Assembly (NCBI GenBank): GCA_017959195.1
Contig: JAGDBE010000130.1
Location: 1 to 17,513 of the forward strand
DNA length: 17,513 nucleotides
Reading direction: 5' to 3'
Source of the DNA: Clostridia bacterium
GTDB taxonomy: Bacteria; Bacillota; Clostridia; Oscillospirales; CAG-382
Both the position numbers and the translations under genes were made by a program. Positions 14,732-17,513 of the stretch are shown here, one piece after another. The notes below the pieces were generated by a model. The model made no database searches. It saw nothing but the letters and a program-made list of their open reading frames with translations, and had not been told where the DNA came from. Numbering within the stretch: position 1 is the stretch's first letter; each line of letters opens with the position of its first letter.

Positions 14732-14760
14732 ATTATATTTATTTTACACTGTTTTGTCAA
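14732..14760 (-). promoter_or_regulatory. Sigma-A consensus promoter for the aspartokinase gene (-35 TTGACA at 14760..14755, -10 TATAAT at 14737..14732)
   Basis: Exact TTGACA-N17-TATAAT. The leader of about 45 nt is too short for a lysine riboswitch. Confidence 0.65.
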
Positions 14761-14803
14761 TGAAAATTTATAAAGAAAATCCGCTTTTTTGCAAAAGCGG
14801 ATT
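14761..14803 (-). terminator. Rho-independent terminator after ddl
   Basis: AATCCGCTTTT-ttgc-AAAAGCGGATT: a perfect 11-bp stem. On the minus strand it is followed by ttctttataaattttc. It sits between the ddl stop and the aspartokinase promoter. Confidence 0.7.
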
Positions 14804-14850
14804 GATTTATGCGGTATTATCAGCTTTTTTGCCGGCAATAAAGCTTGTTT

Positions 14851-16077
14851 TCAGTTTTTCGTGCCTTTGGGAAGTTCTATTCCCTTTAATATGTTGGTCT
14901 CGAACGAATAGAATATTCCGCTTTCCTCGCGTTCCCTCTTGAATGCGAGTTTTACAAGCCTGTCGAGCAGTTCGTCGAACTTTATGCCCGTCGCTTCCCA
15001 TAGATAGAACGCAAGCGAGCCGGGAATGGTGTTGAATTCGTTGAGATAAAGCTCTTCGTTTACGGTGTCGTAGAGATAATCTATTCTCGAAACGCCCGAA
15101 CAGCCCATCGCCGTGAACGCCTTTACGGAATAATCCCTTACCTTCTCCTCAAGCTCTTTCGAAATGTCGGCGGGTATCTTTCTTTTTAAGTTCGCCATGC
15201 CCGACGACTTGGTGCCTGAGCTTTCCGCGCCCTTGCTTCCGCTTTTTCCGCCCGACGACACGTATTTGTCCTCGTACGTTAAAATTCCCTCGTCGTTTAC
15301 GGGCTCTTCGCAAACGGAAGCAACCGCTTCATACTTGTCTCCGAGCACCGAGCAGTTGATTTCTTTCAGGTTCTCCACCGCGTTTTCGGCGAGCACCGTC
15401 GTCGAGAACATAAATGCCTCGTCAAGCGCGCTCATCAGTTCTCCGTGCTCCGAAACCTTCTTTACGCCCACGCTTGAACCGAGGTTTACGGGCTTTACGA
15501 TAACGGGAAATCTTGTGTTTTTCTCGATTTTTTCTATAATTTCATCTTTGTTGTCAAAATATTCCCTTACGTTTACGCTCACGCAGTCGAGCACCGGGAT
15601 TCCGTTCATCTTCATGACCGCTTTGGTCGCCGCCTTATCCATTCCTAAGGCGCTTGCACATACGTCGCAGCCGACGAACGGGATTCCGACGGTTTTGAAA
15701 TATCCCTGAAGCGTGCCGTCTTCGACGTTTGTGCCGTGAACTACGGGAAACGCGACGTCTATTTCCGAAACCACGTCTGAGCCGAAGGTTTTCGACGGGT
15801 ATCTGACAAGATAAAATCTTCCTCCGTCGTTTACAAGGTTTACGCGTACAGCCGACTTCACGACGCCGTCTATATCCTTGTATGCGGAAATGTCGTTCGT
15901 TTTTCCGCCGGTGTACATCTTTCCGTCTTTTGTGATATATACCGTGATTACGTCGTATTTTCCCGTATCGAACGCGTTGTACGCCTGAAGCGCAGACACG
16001 ACGGAAACCTCGTGTTCAACGCTTTTTCCTCCGAAAAAGAGTCCTACGCGCACCTTTGAAGCATTATCGTTTTTCAA
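14851..16077 (-). CDS. ddl: D-alanine--D-alanine ligase
   Basis: 408 aa. N-terminal ...VGLFFGGKSVEHEVS..., an ATP-grasp core and C-terminal ...RIDYLYD...YLNEFNTIPG... are present. TTG start at 16077 (the first start after an in-frame stop) with an AAAGGGG RBS. It carries a Gly/Ser-rich insertion of about 17 aa; see findings. Confidence 0.93.
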   Translation of the reverse strand: MKNDNASKVRVGLFFGGKSVEHEVSVVSALQAYNAFDTGKYDVITVYITKDGKMYTGGKTNDISAYKDIDGVVKSAVRVNLVNDGGRFYLVRYPSKTFGSDVVSEIDVAFPVVHGTNVEDGTLQGYFKTVGIPFVGCDVCASALGMDKAATKAVMKMNGIPVLDCVSVNVREYFDNKDEIIEKIEKNTRFPVIVKPVNLGSSVGVKKVSEHGELMSALDEAFMFSTTVLAENAVENLKEINCSVLGDKYEAVASVCEEPVNDEGILTYEDKYVSSGGKSGSKGAESSGTKSSGMANLKRKIPADISKELEEKVRDYSVKAFTAMGCSGVSRIDYLYDTVNEELYLNEFNTIPGSLAFYLWEATGIKFDELLDRLVKLAFKREREESGIFYSFETNILKGIELPKGTKN

Positions 16078-16101
16078 TGTCTATACCCCTTTTTCTCTTT
16101 A

Positions 16102-17513
16102 TTATCTGAAATTATCGGGCAGGTCGTTTTCGAGAAGAACGTATTTGATTCTTCCGATATCAAGCGTTTCCGCCTGCTTTACGGCTTCCGCCGGGCCCGA
16201 AACGCAGAAAATCCTGCTTTCGTCAAAGCCCGCCTTTTTTGCTCCCGAAATTATGCTGTTCTTATTGTATTCGCCCACGACGAAAAGGTAGTCGCATCTG
16301 CCGTACGCGTATTCTCCGAGTTCGGTGTTCTTCCCGTCCTGCGCTTCTCCGAGCTCAACCATGCCGGGCGTTACCAGAACTCTTGCGCCGTCAAAGCCTG
16401 AAAGCACGTCGAGAGCAGACTTTGCGCCGCTCGGGTTTGAATTGAACGAGTCGTCGATTATAACCGTACTTTTGGCGTCTATAATCTGCAGCCTGTGCGG
16501 TACCGCTTCAAGCCTCGACACCGCAAACGCGATATCCTTTTTATTTACACCGAGTTTGTCGGCGGCCGATACGCACGCAAGGATATTCGTTACGTTGTGG
16601 CTTCCGAGAAGTCTCGTTGAAAGTTCAAATTCCATATTTTCGCATTTTACGGTAAAATTCGTTCCGTTCCGGTCGGTTTTTACGTTTTCCGCCTTGTATG
16701 ACGCGTCTCCGCACGTTCCGTAATATACCGTATTGCCGTCAAAATTGCGGTTTACGATATATTCGTTGTCGCCGTTCAAGAAAATATATCCGTCTCCGTT
16801 TTCCTTAACCGCGTCGGCGAGCTCGAATTTGGTTTTAATTATATTTTCAATGCTTCCGAATGTTTCGAGGTGCTGTTCACCTATTGACGTTATTATTCCG
16901 TGGTCGGGAAGCACTATATCGCATATTTCCTTTATTTCACCGACGCGCCGCGCACCCATTTCGCATATAAAAATCTCGTGCGACGGCTTTAACATCTCAC
17001 GCACCGTCTTTACCACGCCCATCGTGGTGTTGTAACTTGCGGGCGTCATGAGAACGTTATATTTCTGCGACAGTATTTTTTCGAGAAAATATTTCGTGCT
17101 CGTTTTTCCGTAGCTTCCGGTGATTCCGATTACGGTAAGGCTGCTTTTTCTCGATTTTATTATGTTTTTCGCTTCGTTTATGTATCTGTTCCTCACCGCT
17201 TTTTCGGCGGGCTTGTTGATTATGTCGCACAAAATGAGGATATATCCGCAAAATACGCAGATAAGCGGCAGTATAAACAGAATATCAAAAATTACAAGCA
17301 GAGCGGATACGGCGGCAAACAATACATACGCCGTTGCGAGCAGTCTTTTTACCCTTGCTGTGTAGACGAGCGGCTTTTTAGCCTTGAACGGCTTGAAAAG
17401 ATATATTTCCGCAAGATTAAGCACCGAGCAGACTGCGTAGGAGATAATACTTCTGTTGAAAAGCAGTACGAAAAACGAAATTATAAAAAACGCCGATTTG
17501 AGCAGAACCGAAA
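16102..17513 (-). CDS. murF: MurF-like Mur ligase (UDP-MurNAc-tripeptide--D-Ala-D-Ala ligase family) with an atypical hydrophobic N-terminal region. It is partial: the reading frame is open to the right window edge.
   Basis: The central and C-terminal Mur-ligase domains are clear: ...LTVIGITGSYGKTSTK..., ...NTTMGV..., ...EMGARRVGEI..., ...AVPHRLQII..., ...DDSFNSNPSGAKSALDVL..., ...LVTPGMVELG.... The same frame has no stop from the GTG at 17424 up to 17513 and encodes hydrophobic helices (...AFFIISFFVLLF...LLATAYVLFAAVSALLVIFDILFILPLICVFCGYILILCDII...). No RBS precedes the GTG at 17424, so the start is probably beyond the window. The stop lies 24 nt before ddl. Confidence 0.75.
   Translation of the reverse strand, partial: SVLLKSAFFIISFFVLLFNRSIISYAVCSVLNLAEIYLFKPFKAKKPLVYTARVKRLLATAYVLFAAVSALLVIFDILFILPLICVFCGYILILCDIINKPAEKAVRNRYINEAKNIIKSRKSSLTVIGITGSYGKTSTKYFLEKILSQKYNVLMTPASYNTTMGVVKTVREMLKPSHEIFICEMGARRVGEIKEICDIVLPDHGIITSIGEQHLETFGSIENIIKTKFELADAVKENGDGYIFLNGDNEYIVNRNFDGNTVYYGTCGDASYKAENVKTDRNGTNFTVKCENMEFELSTRLLGSHNVTNILACVSAADKLGVNKKDIAFAVSRLEAVPHRLQIIDAKSTVIIDDSFNSNPSGAKSALDVLSGFDGARVLVTPGMVELGEAQDGKNTELGEYAYGRCDYLFVVGEYNKNSIISGAKKAGFDESRIFCVSGPAEAVKQAETLDIGRIKYVLLENDLPDNFR

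Noticed and set aside
17417-17513. Calling a separate upstream gene in the alternative minus-strand frame that is open from the window edge to a TAA at 17419..17417
   Set aside because: Only 31 codons are visible and the peptide (…IGVFYNFVFRTAFQQKYYLLRSLLGA) matches nothing I recognise. It cannot be distinguished from the overlapping open MurF-like frame without sequence beyond the window. Noted under the MurF finding instead.
1-17513. CRISPR arrays, IS elements, integrons, toxin-antitoxin pairs
   Set aside because: No arrays of regularly spaced direct repeats were seen. No transposase-like or integrase-like reading frame was seen, nor any terminal inverted repeat bracketing a gene. Small adjacent ORF pairs typical of TA systems are absent; the only small gene is the HMA metallochaperone.

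Overview
This 17.5 kb window looks like chromosomal DNA from a moderate-GC Firmicutes/Clostridia-type genome. The evidence is GAGG-type ribosome-binding sites, frequent GTG/TTG start codons and many exact sigma-A consensus promoters. Most of the content is housekeeping and runs almost entirely on the minus strand after 3.4 kb. In order: tlyA (partial), upp, an HD-domain hydrolase, fba, a HAD-hydrolase–dxs operon, a CadC-like ArsR regulator with an HMA metallochaperone and a Zn/Cd-type P1B ATPase, a three-gene SPFH/double-zinc-ribbon/TPM membrane module, a DUF1113-like membrane protein, a lone tRNA-Gln(CUG), a YclM-type aspartokinase, ddl, and a MurF-like ligase running off the right edge. The most interesting locus is the SPFH–Zn-ribbon–TPM operon (8658-12131). 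It resembles the PspA-associated YdjI/YdjG/YdjH triad of Bacillus but has no adjacent pspA, carries its own exact consensus promoter with a perfect 14-bp palindrome in its leader, and its SPFH protein has an unusual poly-Q plus triple zinc-ribbon tail. Other points worth follow-up are a perfect 14-2-14 palindromic operator at the autoregulated metal-efflux promoter, a possible 20-codon upstream ORF there, a MurF-like ligase whose canonical N-terminal domain is replaced by predicted transmembrane helices, and a Gly/Ser-rich insertion in Ddl. No CRISPR array, IS element or integrase was seen.
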